DNA from: Candidatus Bathyarchaeota archaeon
GTDB taxonomy: Archaea > Thermoproteota > Bathyarchaeia > Bathyarchaeales > Bathycorpusculaceae
Assembly (NCBI GenBank): GCA_963772455.1
Contig: CAVYXJ010000013.1
Coordinates: 1-64,000 of the forward strand
Length of the DNA: 64,000 bases
Reading direction: 5' to 3'
In this document: piece after piece, positions 20,247 to 30,257 of the stretch
How the letters are laid out: each line of letters opens with the position of its first letter
Position numbering within the stretch: position 1 is the first letter of the stretch
Notes under the pieces: generated by a model
Told to the model about the DNA's origin: nothing
What the model saw: the letters and a program-made list of their open reading frames with translations, nothing else
The model's database searches: none
Made by a program: the position numbers and the translations under genes

Positions 20247-21254
20247 TTGTTTTCTTATTTCTTTTATTTCTATTTGACTTGGATGTTTTGGATAGTTGTA
20301 GATAGGTCCGCTTGGTTTTTCATTGTAGAAGGGTCGATTGCAATCTGAGCAGCCTGAAGTACGAAACGGCAAACCACTCTCAACTATTGACTCCAAAACT
20401 TCTTTAGATACCCCAAAACTGGTTATCCTACCTTCATTATCAAATTTCATGTCACTGCTTTTTGCTATGCCATTTACAATTATGTATCTGGCAAGTTGAA
20501 CACGTCTGTAAGAGTCAAGTTTTGGAGGGGATTTAGCTTCCAAAGTTGTGCCTCTAACAGGAGTAAACGCGAAAAGCCCTGGCAATACTGTCATGTCAAA
20601 ACAAGTTTGGATTATTTCAGTTGCTTCCTTTTCAGTTTCACCTAAGCCAATAATTACATGTGTGCTAACGTTTCCTCTCCCAAAAAACATAACAGCATTA
20701 CGCATCTGAGTAAACTGATCTTCCCAACTGTAAGTGCTTCCAGCTCCTGACCCTTTTACTTCACTGAACAACGTTTTGGTTGAGGCATCCAACGCGATAC
20801 CCATTCTGTCAACACCACACTTTTTCAGCAATTCAATATTTTGGGTATTAAGCGGTTGGCAAGAAACTGAAACAGGAATCGCAGAGCTCTTTTTAATTTC
20901 TCTAACTATCGCTTCGAGCTGCAAAAAAACATCGGGATAATTTAGTGCTTGGATGCAGATGCGTCTGATTTTTCCCAGTTTTGCCGCTTCTGCGAGTGCA
21001 GCTAACACGTTTAAAGTTGTTAAGATTGGCCATGAGACTCGCGAGAGCAATTCTGAACTGCTTTTACTGCCCCGAGCTTGAGGGCAAAAACTACAGTTAG
21101 CAGTGCATTTGCCCGCTCTATAGGTCATCAAATAAGCTGTTGTTGGCTCAGAGTCTAACTTTCCTTGCAAAAGCTTTAGAACTATGGCTGTTCCTAAAGA
21201 GACTCGAATTTTAGTTGGTAAAAACATTTGAGAGTGAAATTGCTTTTCTGACAA
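20235..21254 (-). CDS. Radical SAM protein, biotin synthase-related; archaeal LipS2-like lipoyl synthase subunit
   Basis: CTANCSFC, LSRVSWP, LFAFTPVRGT and C-terminal TSGCSDCNRP (matches the TxGCPxC(N/D)RP-type motif). Confidence 0.7.
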   Translation of the reverse strand: MSEKQFHSQMFLPTKIRVSLGTAIVLKLLQGKLDSEPTTAYLMTYRAGKCTANCSFCPQARGSKSSSELLSRVSWPILTTLNVLAALAEAAKLGKIRRICIQALNYPDVFLQLEAIVREIKKSSAIPVSVSCQPLNTQNIELLKKCGVDRMGIALDASTKTLFSEVKGSGAGSTYSWEDQFTQMRNAVMFFGRGNVSTHVIIGLGETEKEATEIIQTCFDMTVLPGLFAFTPVRGTTLEAKSPPKLDSYRRVQLARYIIVNGIAKSSDMKFDNEGRITSFGVSKEVLESIVESGLPFRTSGCSDCNRPFYNEKPSGPIYNYPKHPSQIEIKEIRKQLRY

Positions 21255-21303
21255 AGGCTCACCAAATAATCCAGAAAAAAGTAGTGACTTGATACATATT
21301 AGT

Positions 21304-21807
21304 TTAAACTCTTTTTTTAGTCAAACTTATTACACGGCTCACGATTGAAACCAAAAAGAATACTGCGAAAGCGTATTGCACAAAAGAAAAGACTACTTGG
21401 GTTGGCCAGAGCAAAGTTAAAACAATGCCTATGTAAAGAGCGCTTCCAAGATACCTGCCCACGGGGTCGTACAGTTTCTTTGAGTAGAAACTTGTGACAA
21501 TGAATTGAATGAATGATGCGGCGATTAAAAAAAGAAGCCAAATTGAATAATTCCCTAATGAATAAAAAAACGTAAATATGCCAAACATGAGAATAAAGTC
21601 GGTTGACGCATCGAAATAGGCACCAAAATGTGACGTTGCTTTCAATTTTCTTGCTAGGTAGCCGTCCAAGAAGTCTGTTATTGCACAAAAAGTAAGCAAA
21701 CCTAAACATGCGGCTATATTTCCAAGATTGACGAGGTAGATGAAGAAGGGTAGTACTACAATTCTCAGCGAACTTATGATAGTGGGGATAGGGCTTAGTT
21801 TTTTCAT
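21304..21807 (-). CDS. CDP-alcohol phosphatidyltransferase family protein
   Basis: DFLDGYLARKLKATSHFGAYFDASTD signature. Confidence 0.85.
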   Translation of the reverse strand: MKKLSPIPTIISSLRIVVLPFFIYLVNLGNIAACLGLLTFCAITDFLDGYLARKLKATSHFGAYFDASTDFILMFGIFTFFYSLGNYSIWLLFLIAASFIQFIVTSFYSKKLYDPVGRYLGSALYIGIVLTLLWPTQVVFSFVQYAFAVFFLVSIVSRVISLTKKRV

Positions 21808-22084
21808 CTTTGTACTTTTAAAAGTTTAGAATGTGATTTTTGAAGGTTTTGTATTTTCATACTTTGTATGTAGATTGTCGGAACTGAACAAATTGTACTT
21901 AATCAACAAAGAACCCGCAACGCAAAATACTTATGCTATCTATATACAGTTGAGTTCTAAAAAACTTCACAATTTTCTTAACTTCTATGGGGTTTGATTG
22001 GAAAAACTTTATTATCCGACTGTATATTTTTACACTCGGTTGAAAAAAGGTGCATATGACCTTCTAACACTCTGGGTTGGTTTG

Positions 22085-22735
22085 ATGGCAAAATTAACCG
22101 ATTTAGGTTTCTTGAAAAACATGATTTTTGAGGCTATCGTATCAACTTACAATCGGGATGGGTCACCAAACGCTGCACCGATGGGCACAATTATGCAAAA
22201 TCAGCAAACAATCAGCCTCAACATATTCAATACGTCAGAAACCAACCGCAACCTAAAGACAAACAAATGTGCGGTCATCAACTGTACAAATAATATTGAC
22301 ATTTTTTACAAAACAACTTTCAAAGAAACCAACCCAACTGGGAAATTGCCCGTTGAATGGTTTGAGAAATCGAAAACTGTGAACGCTCCTAAACTTCAGT
22401 TATCAGATGCAACTATTGATGTTTCCGTAGCAAGCATGGAGTCGATAGTCGCTGAGAAAACCAATTTCACATGCTCGATAGTGAAAATAAACGTTGAAAA
22501 AATGTACCCACAAATTTACAGTCGAGCTATGGCGTTAACTCTTGAAGCAATCATACATGCCACACGACTGAAAGTATTCGTTAACGATAAGGCGCACGAA
22601 AAGAATGTTAACACTCTCTTGCAAGTAATCGAAAACCATAAAGATGCAATAAATCGCATAGCACCCAACTCGAAATATACAGTCATTATGTCCGATTTAA
22701 CAAAAAAAATCGATTCATGGAGGAACAAACCATGA
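22085..22735 (+). CDS. DUF447 family protein (flavin split-barrel; methanopterin-cluster associated)
   Basis: EAIVSTYNRDGSPNAAPMG and LEAIIHATR motifs. Overlaps the RFAP synthase start. Confidence 0.75.
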   Translation: MAKLTDLGFLKNMIFEAIVSTYNRDGSPNAAPMGTIMQNQQTISLNIFNTSETNRNLKTNKCAVINCTNNIDIFYKTTFKETNPTGKLPVEWFEKSKTVNAPKLQLSDATIDVSVASMESIVAEKTNFTCSIVKINVEKMYPQIYSRAMALTLEAIIHATRLKVFVNDKAHEKNVNTLLQVIENHKDAINRIAPNSKYTVIMSDLTKKIDSWRNKP

Positions 22736-23685
22736 AAGTTCAAATTAAAACTCCTGCTCGACTGCATCTTGGTCTAATCGATATGAATGGTGATTTAGGC
22801 AGAATGTTCGGCGGATTAGGTGTCGGCATAGATCGCCCAAACATTATCATTGAAGCTCAAAATGCTGAGAACTTCTCTGTGACAGGTCAAGAGACAGAAC
22901 TTGCAAATATACTTGCAAGACGTTTCTTCACAAACTACAAAATACAACCAAAAGTACACATTAACGTCGTGCAAGCAATTCCAGCCCATATCGGGTTGGG
23001 TTCAGGCACACAATTCTCCTTAGCAATTGCAACAGCTCTTGCATCACTGTTTGATGTTAACGCAACTATTCCTGAGTTGGCAATAGCTATGGGGCGTGCA
23101 AGAAGAACTGCAGTTGGGACCTCAATATTTGAGTATGGTGGCTTCGTTGTCGATGGAGGAAAAAACCTCAATAATACAAAGTGTCCTCCTTTGATTTACC
23201 GCCAACCGTTCCCCAGCGAGTGGCGTTTTATCGTGGCTGTGCCCAACTTAAAAGAGGGGTTATCAAACTCAGAAGAAAACCATGCCTTCGACAAATTAAC
23301 CAAAATGCCTGCCGAAGATGTAGGGCAAATCTGCCGCCTAATCATGCTAAAACTTCTCCCAGCTATAGCGGAACACGACATAGAAAACTTTGGAAATGCT
23401 CTTACAAAAATCCAAATAGTAACAGGAAATCATTTTGCTCAAGCTCAAGGCGGAACCTACGCAAGCCCCACCGCCGCAGAATTCATAGAGTTCCTCAAAA
23501 AAGCTGGTACCTACGGTGTGGGGCAGAGTTCTTGGGGACCAGCACTCTACGGAGTAGTTAAAAAAGAAGAAGCTAAGGCAGTGCTTTCAAAAGTCAAAAC
23601 TTACCTACGCTCAGGGGTTGGAGGTCAAGCATTTATCGCGAAGGCAAACAACAAGGGCGCAACCATACGAGTAATTGAGGATTAA
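22732..23685 (+). CDS. mptG: Beta-ribofuranosylaminobenzene 5'-phosphate (RFAP) synthase, GHMP family
   Basis: TPARLHLGLID, PAHIGLGSGTQ, GGFVVDGG and GQSSWGP motifs. Confidence 0.88.
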   Translation: MKVQIKTPARLHLGLIDMNGDLGRMFGGLGVGIDRPNIIIEAQNAENFSVTGQETELANILARRFFTNYKIQPKVHINVVQAIPAHIGLGSGTQFSLAIATALASLFDVNATIPELAIAMGRARRTAVGTSIFEYGGFVVDGGKNLNNTKCPPLIYRQPFPSEWRFIVAVPNLKEGLSNSEENHAFDKLTKMPAEDVGQICRLIMLKLLPAIAEHDIENFGNALTKIQIVTGNHFAQAQGGTYASPTAAEFIEFLKKAGTYGVGQSSWGPALYGVVKKEEAKAVLSKVKTYLRSGVGGQAFIAKANNKGATIRVIED

Positions 23686-23688
23686 AAA

Positions 23689-25251
23689 GTGAAAGCACTC
23701 CTAGTTACTGGTCAACTAGCCCAAGACATAGTTGCTAAATACGCTAAAGAAAGCGCCGTAGAAACCAAAACTATTGCACTTAAAATTGCAGTTGCCGCTT
23801 TTTTAACTCCTAAAACCATCATTGAAAAATTAAAAAACCTTAATCTAACAGGTTTTAACGTGATATTGGTTCCTGGGCTCATGCGAGGAGATACAAATTT
23901 AATATCCAAAGCTACGGGCATCCCCACCTTTAAAGGCCCAAGATACGCCGCAGACTTGCCAACTATTTTAAATTCACTTTGCGAAGTACAACTCTCAACC
24001 ACTACACCAGCAGACGATTTGCTAAGAGAAAAACTCCAAAAACAAGCTTTGCAAGAAATAGAAAAAACCGAAAAAAACCGTTTAGAACTGCTCAAGAAAC
24101 CCAGCAGCATGCTCATTGGAAACTTGGCTATAGGCAAAGATTTTCCCATGCGTGTCCTAGCAGAAATTGTTGACGCCGCCTTGATGGATAAAGAAACCAT
24201 CCAGCAGACTGCAAAACGCTTCGTTAAGGCAGGAGCTGACCTGATTGACGTTGGCATGATTGCAGGAGAATCCCAACCAGAAAAAGCCAAGCGCATTGTC
24301 GAGTGGGTTAAGCAGGTTGTTAATGTGCCCGTTAGCATAGATACACTTGACCCCGCTGAGATTAGAGCTGCAGTCCAGGCAGGCGCAGAATTGGTTCTAA
24401 GCGGTGATGCAGGTAACATTCAAGAAATCGCTCCATTCGCATCCAAAGTTGCTGTAGTTGTTATCCCCACTAACCAGCGTCAAGGCTACTTTCCAAAAAA
24501 AGCTCAAGATCGCGTTAACTATCTCGAAGAAATAATTTTTAACGCCAAAAAACTCGGCATAAACCGTTGCCTTGCGGATTTGATCTTGGAACCCACAAAC
24601 ATCTTGGAATCCTTTATTGCTTTCAAAGAGTTTGCTAGTCGAAACCCCGACGTGCCCCTTTTTGTGGGGATCTCAAATGTTACGGAACTTATCGATGCAG
24701 ACTCAGTTGGTGTTAATGCAATTCTTGCTCGTTTATCCTCAGAAGTTGAAGCCAGCATCCTTTTGGCTACCGAGAAAAGCGACAAAGCAAAGGGCACTGT
24801 CGGAGAGGAAGTTACTGCAGCGAAAATGATGTTTTTGGCCAAAAAACGTGGATCAGTCCCAAAAGACCTCGGAATAGACCTCTTAATCCTCAAGGATAAG
24901 CGCTTCCATGAGGAGCCATACGACAAAAAACTCGAAGCAAAAGCTAATGTTGTAAAGGTATCAGAAAAGTTGGAGCCGGTAACATTAGATTCAAAAGGAA
25001 TGTTTAAAATTGCAGTAGACCGTGTGGAACACGTTTTGGTTGCAGTCTATTATGATTCAATCCAGATGGATAAGTCTATTAACGTTGTCAAGGGCAAAAC
25101 CGCAGAAAGCGTATGCGTCAAGATTTTGGAAATGGGTTTGGTGTCAACTCTTGATCATGCGGCTTATTTAGGCAGCGAACTAGCTAAAGCTGAGGTTGCC
25201 CTGAGAACTGGAAAAGAATACATTCAGGATAGTTCTTTGTTTAAGAAATAG
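23689..25251 (+). CDS. Dihydropteroate synthase-like protein (archaeal methanopterin-related family) with C-terminal DUF4346-like domain
   Basis: LLVTGQLA, KGPRYAADL, LAEIVDA, GADLIDVG, SIDTLD, NVTELIDADSVG and HAAYLGSELAKAE motifs. Confidence 0.82.
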   Translation: MKALLVTGQLAQDIVAKYAKESAVETKTIALKIAVAAFLTPKTIIEKLKNLNLTGFNVILVPGLMRGDTNLISKATGIPTFKGPRYAADLPTILNSLCEVQLSTTTPADDLLREKLQKQALQEIEKTEKNRLELLKKPSSMLIGNLAIGKDFPMRVLAEIVDAALMDKETIQQTAKRFVKAGADLIDVGMIAGESQPEKAKRIVEWVKQVVNVPVSIDTLDPAEIRAAVQAGAELVLSGDAGNIQEIAPFASKVAVVVIPTNQRQGYFPKKAQDRVNYLEEIIFNAKKLGINRCLADLILEPTNILESFIAFKEFASRNPDVPLFVGISNVTELIDADSVGVNAILARLSSEVEASILLATEKSDKAKGTVGEEVTAAKMMFLAKKRGSVPKDLGIDLLILKDKRFHEEPYDKKLEAKANVVKVSEKLEPVTLDSKGMFKIAVDRVEHVLVAVYYDSIQMDKSINVVKGKTAESVCVKILEMGLVSTLDHAAYLGSELAKAEVALRTGKEYIQDSSLFKK

Positions 25252-26020
25252 CGCGCTCTTTTAGTTGAGGTGCAGGTGTTCCTTCTTTTGCAGGTATTAA
25301 TCCAGTTTTTCTAAGAGCTCGGATTAATGGTAATCCAACAATTACTGCCAGTATAATTAGTATTAATCGTTCCCATGGGTAGAGGAAGAACACTGCTTGC
25401 CATCGTAGAGCAAGTGATTCGGGTGTCATGAAATTTGTTACATAGACGAATATGTTCTCGTAGAGGATGTTTCCCATCAAGTGTTGCATCATGGTCCCAA
25501 TAAAAGCAAGGATAGCAAAACCTGCGACGGCCAGGGTTGTTGTTTTTTCCACCCATTTGGTTGCCATTAATCCTAAAGGTGAAATGAGAATTATCAACGC
25601 TATTATATGTAGCCACATAAATGGAAATACAACGTTCGAGCCCAATGGAACAAGGGTTAGGGTTAGTGGGTTGGCAATAAAGACTGCTAGCAAGAATATG
25701 TTTAAGGCTACAACTGGTAACCATTTTCTTCTAATTAGGAAGCCCAAGGCAACTGCATTTACAAATCCTGGAAGGAAGTCTAAACCTAGGAACACTGGGG
25801 GTTTTACAGTCATGGCAGTAAAGGTTCCGATGAGAACACTTGCACCTCCCACATATGGTCCTAATATTATTCCATAAATTGGGGCGAGAATATCTGATAG
25901 GGAGAAACTTGCGCCAGGAACTCCTATCATGGGAATAGTTGGTATTGCTCTTAGAACTGCGTATAATGCAGCGAAAATTGCTGTGAGTGCGAGTTGTTTG
26001 GTGGTTATTGCCAGTTTCAT
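25241..26020 (-). CDS. ECF-transporter S-component-like membrane protein
   Basis: LALTAIFAALYAV..GIILGPYVG pattern. About 7 TM helices. Confidence 0.6.
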   Translation of the reverse strand: MKLAITTKQLALTAIFAALYAVLRAIPTIPMIGVPGASFSLSDILAPIYGIILGPYVGGASVLIGTFTAMTVKPPVFLGLDFLPGFVNAVALGFLIRRKWLPVVALNIFLLAVFIANPLTLTLVPLGSNVVFPFMWLHIIALIILISPLGLMATKWVEKTTTLAVAGFAILAFIGTMMQHLMGNILYENIFVYVTNFMTPESLALRWQAVFFLYPWERLILIILAVIVGLPLIRALRKTGLIPAKEGTPAPQLKERAIS

Positions 26021-26292
26021 TTTTTACACCTTAGAAATTTTTTGCATCGCTGTGTAATTTTTTACAACCCACTAATATAAAAAAGTTTCCGCATAAGGTA
26101 AAATTGAGATTTAATTAAAAAGTCCGCTTAAAACAAGTCTTTATTATTAACAAATAAATGTAAAAACTGTACAGCCAAAAAGCATGTTTAAAACATATTT
26201 TTTATTCGCCTTTTTTTAAGCTTATTTTTGTTATAGCGCCTATTTTTAAGGTGTTTTGATTGTTGAGGCAGCCTAATTTGCTGTTGACAAAT

Positions 26293-26300
26293 TTTAAATA
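26293..26300 (+). promoter_or_regulatory. Putative TATA box (TTTAAATA) of the 16-codon microprotein gene
   Basis: TTTAAATA preceded by an A-rich BRE-like stretch, about 25 nt before the GAGGT SD. Confidence 0.45.
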
Positions 26301-26336
26301 CAAATTGAAGTCAAATAATGCTTTGAGGTTAGTAAC

Positions 26337-26387
26337 GTGGCGAAAGCTCCAAAAAAGGACGATAAGAAAGCTAAAAAGAAGAAATAA
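26337..26387 (+). CDS. Putative 16-aa lysine-rich microprotein MAKAPKKDDKKAKKKK (not in ORF track)
   Basis: GAGGT SD at 26325-26329, GTG start, TAA stop, followed by a hairpin and T-tract. Confidence 0.55.
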   Translation: MAKAPKKDDKKAKKKK

Positions 26388-26396
26388 AGCGCTTTG

Positions 26397-26428
26397 AAGT
26401 TAGGTTACAATCCTAACTTTTCTTTTTT
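26397..26428 (+). terminator. Hairpin (AAGTTAGG/CCTAACTT) plus T-rich tract
   Basis: Perfect 8-bp inverted repeat with a 7-nt loop, followed by TTCTTTTTT. Confidence 0.55.
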
Positions 26429-26571
26429 CACCCAAAACCAGTTTTTCTTTATCTATCCAATTAAAATAGACATGAAAACGACATTCCCAATCTATGTCTC
26501 CTTTTAGAAAAAACTCGAAAAGAAGCTTTATCTAATTTAAAGCATGTAACTAGATTCAGTGGTGAATTTAT

Positions 26572-27493
26572 TTGGAAAGCAATCCCTTAAGCACAAGCTT
26601 CGCTGGCTTGAAGCTTTCAAACCCAACAATTCTGGCTTCAGGAATCCTTGGGTACTCCTCCGAATCTTTATGTCGAGTTGCAAAAGGAGGCGCTGGAGCA
26701 GTTGTTACAAAATCTGTTGGTGCAGAACCTCGCGTTGGATATTCAAACCCAACTTTGGTTCAAGCAGAGGCCGGGTTAATTAATGCAATGGGGTTGCCAA
26801 ATCCAGGAATTGAAGTATATTCTCAGGAAATTAAATTTTCTAAAACCATTTTGCGTGTACCACTTATCGTGAGTGTATTTGGTTACTCTGCGGAAGAATA
26901 CGCAAAGGTGGCTAAGAAAGCAGCTGAAGCAGGCGCGGATGCAATAGAACTTAATGTTTCGTGTCCCCATGTAAAGCAAACTGGTGCCGAAATTGGTCAG
27001 AACACAAAATTACTCACGGAAGTTGTTCAGCTGGTTAAGGCGGCAATTAGTAAGCCATTAATTGTAAAACTGTCTCCAAATGTTTCAGATATAACTGTTC
27101 TAGCTCATGCGGCAGTTGAAGCTGGTGCTGATGCATTAACAGTTGTGAATACTCTAAAAGCGATAGCGATCGATTCAGAAACGATGCGACCAATTCTTAG
27201 TAATGTAAAAGGAGGTTTATCGGGTGCTGCTGTCAAACCCGTAGCTCTTGCGCTGCGTTTACGATATCCATGAAGCCTACTCTGATGTACCGATAATCGG
27301 CTGCGGCGGAATATCAGATTGGCGTGATGCAGTGGAGTTTTTCTTGGCAGGTGCCTCAGCTGTGCAGGTTGGCTCAGCGGTTGCGGTTGATATCGAAGTT
27401 TTTCAATCGATAAACAAAGGGATAGAAACATATTTGAGACGTAAACAAATTGGGAGTGTTAAAGAAATTGTCGGCCTTGCACACCACAAATAA
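26572..27493 (+). CDS. pyrD: Dihydroorotate dehydrogenase family 1B catalytic subunit (frameshift near 27255)
   Basis: NPTILASG, VTKS, INAMGLPNPG, ELNVSCPH, VKLSPN and NTL motifs. Continues in the +27248 frame with IIGCGGI..AVQVGSA. Confidence 0.9.
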
Positions 27494-28287
27494 TTCACTA
27501 CGAACAACACAGATTGTTCGGATACAAAATGAAAGTCCAACAGTGAAAACCTTCACATTTGTTGATAAACAATGCGGCAAAGCTAAACCGGGACAATTTT
27601 TAATGCTTTGGATACCTGGCATAGACGAAATTCCACTTAGCATATTGGATGCAAAAAACAACTTAGTTTCTGTTTCAGTCAAAGCGATTGGCGACGCCAC
27701 AAGGCACTTACATGCGATGGAGACAGGTTCAACTGTTGGAATACGCGGACCATTCGGTAACAATTTCACTGAAAGTCGCGGTAGAGTTCTACTTAGTCGG
27801 CGGCGGAACAGGTACGGCACCCTTACTCTTCCTAGCTAAGCAACTTGCGACCAAAACTGAACGCCTCTCATTCGTAGAGGGAGCAAAAACCAAAGACGAA
27901 CTACTATTCGTTAAAGAGATTCGCGAAGTCTGTAACGAAAAAACCTTCATAACTACCACAGAAGACGGTACCGCTGGCCTCCAATGTCTAGTCACAAAGC
28001 CACTTGCCGAGCTTTTAGACACAGAAGAATTTGACATGATTTACACCTGTGGACCAGAAGTTATGGTTAAAAAAATCTTTGAAATGACCGAAAAACGCAA
28101 ACTTCCATTGGAAGCAAGTCTTGAACGTCTAATGCGTTGTGGCATTGGTCTATGTGGAAGCTGCATGATAGGTAAATACCGCGTATGCCGCGACGGACCA
28201 ATCTTTAACGCTGCACAATTGCGTCAAATCCAAGAAGAACTTGGAATTTCAAAACTTGGCTTTGACGGCTCAAGGATACCGATTTGA
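27450..28287 (+). CDS. pyrK: Dihydroorotate dehydrogenase electron-transfer subunit (frameshift near 27790)
   Basis: KPGQFLMLW, GIRGPFGN, GGGTG, YTCGPE and CGIGLCGSC..VCRDGP motifs. Confidence 0.88.
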
Positions 28288-28581
28288 TGCTATCCGACTC
28301 GGATATAGAAGCTCTAATTAACAGAGCTATCTCCTTCTACAATCGCACACACAGCCCAAATGCAATCGCTAAACTAATTTCTTTTTCACCAACTCTTAAT
28401 CTCAATACAGTTTAGCGGCGGATTTTGCACGGGCTGTGGCACAATGGAAATTACAGAAGCTTTCGCTGACCAGACTAAAACCCTTAGTCAAGGCAAAATA
28501 GAGTTAAAACATAATAAAACTAATCAAACAAGCACACACTCTATTCAAACAATTTACACTTTAAAAACGAAAATAACATAA
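28287..28581 (+). CDS. Small hypothetical CxxC protein (not in ORF track; probable frameshift ~28398)
   Basis: ATG overlaps the pyrK stop (TGATG). Reads MLSDSDIEALINRAISFYNRTHSPNAIAKLI.., then after the shift ISIQFSGGFCTGCGTMEITEAF...TLKTKIT*. Confidence 0.45.
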
Positions 28582-28817
28582 GAACTTGTTTTTAATGTTT
28601 GAGTTATCGTTGGCAGTTGAAATCTCCATAGTTAGGTCCCTTCATCGCTTGCAGATGTTACTTTATAAGTCGTGAATTAAAAATTTTGAGAATAAGTTAC
28701 CCATTTTTAGAGAATAAAATCATTGGAAAAATACTAAGGTATTCAGTTTGGATTGTAAGGGTGCTATTGAAAAATACTATTTAGTATAGGAAAAAATATA
28801 GAAAATGGGAAAAGAAG

Positions 28818-29999
28818 TTATTCTTCTTCTGAAGGTAGACCCATTTTGCGCATATAATCTCTGGCGTACCGTGGGTTGTAAGCAAGCAATTCTTTGCTAC
28901 GTAGCAAACGGCGTTCTAGGCGGTCCAAAGCAACACGAAAAGTCGGTTCAATACCCCAGCCTTCACTTGCTGCAAAGAACGTGCCTCGTGTTGTTCGGAA
29001 TTGTAATCGGCAATGGATCATTGGAGTTCCGCGCATTGTTGTGTCTCCGTGACTTTTCATGTAGACAAAAAGTGTACCTAGCTGGAAGGCTTCTTGATAT
29101 TTGTGGGAGAACGAATCGAATTCGTTCATCATGAATCCTTGTTGCGCCTCATCGATTTCAACGTCTTTAACGCCGAATTGAATCGTTAACTTTCGTGCTT
29201 GAGCAGCAACCTGCGATATCGGTTCCAAGAAATCAAGTTTAGTTAAAATTCCGACTAATCGATCGCCAGACACTACGCATAAACAAGATACATCGAACTC
29301 ATGCATTTGCTTTTCAGCATCGCGTAAACTTGTTTTGCCATCCACTGTGATCACAGGGGAAGCCATTATTCCTTTTACGGCAATGCCTAAAGTTTCTATT
29401 TTTTCGCCGACTATATCTCCTATGGTCTGACGACGTTGTGGCCAATAGATATTCTCTAAAATATCTTCAATACTAACCATCCCTACAAGTCGGCCGCCTT
29501 CCATTACTGGAACATGCGAGATGCCATAATCACGCATTAAACCAAAAACTGCTCCGACACTGCGACCTGCTTCAATAGTGTGAGGAGCCCGCGTCATAAC
29601 CTTTTCAACCGCACCGCGACCCCATTCATCACCAACAGCCGCATGAATAACATCTTCATCGGTTACAAATCCCACCAACTTGCTTTTATCAAACAATGGA
29701 AGTTGTCGCATTCCACTTCCAATCATCAATTTTGCCAATTCACCCAAAGGCATATCAGGTGAAACCTGTGGCGCATTCAGCATTAAAGGCCGAACTTTAG
29801 CCATGGTAAAATCGAGTCGCGACCGTAAAATCGCTCGTCGGGTAATCATACCAACGTATTTTCCTTTTTCATCTAACACAGCCAGAGCAGGTGGCATTCC
29901 TTTTTTGAAACCTTCCAGACATTTTGAAAGTGTATCAGTGTCTTTAACAGAATTTAATTTCTTTGAATAAATATCCTTGGCAGTAACAGACATGGACAT
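28818..29999 (-). CDS. Four CBS domains fused to a C-terminal HPF/RaiA-like domain (putative archaeal ribosome hibernation factor)
   Basis: Two CBS pairs. The C-terminal beta-alpha-beta-beta-beta-alpha segment ends FFAASEGWGIEPTFRVALDRLERRLLRSKE, like the HPF terminal helix. Confidence 0.72.
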   Translation of the reverse strand: MSMSVTAKDIYSKKLNSVKDTDTLSKCLEGFKKGMPPALAVLDEKGKYVGMITRRAILRSRLDFTMAKVRPLMLNAPQVSPDMPLGELAKLMIGSGMRQLPLFDKSKLVGFVTDEDVIHAAVGDEWGRGAVEKVMTRAPHTIEAGRSVGAVFGLMRDYGISHVPVMEGGRLVGMVSIEDILENIYWPQRRQTIGDIVGEKIETLGIAVKGIMASPVITVDGKTSLRDAEKQMHEFDVSCLCVVSGDRLVGILTKLDFLEPISQVAAQARKLTIQFGVKDVEIDEAQQGFMMNEFDSFSHKYQEAFQLGTLFVYMKSHGDTTMRGTPMIHCRLQFRTTRGTFFAASEGWGIEPTFRVALDRLERRLLRSKELLAYNPRYARDYMRKMGLPSEEE

Positions 30000-30257
30000 A
30001 AATAATCACTGAAAAGTTTATAGTAAAAAGATGAATTTAAAGGTTGCAAAGCCCCACGCCAGTATAGCAACCAAAACATCCCTTATTTGATAATTAACTA
30101 TCAATCAATTTGTCACCTAAAACAATTGTCAGATTAGTTATCCTCTAAATGTTTAGCTTCTACCTTAACTACGCTTAACCATCAAAATTAAGCAATAGCC
30201 TATATGCTTAATAGACCAGCAAACTGAATTGTCTGAGTTTAAAGGAGAAAAACAGGT

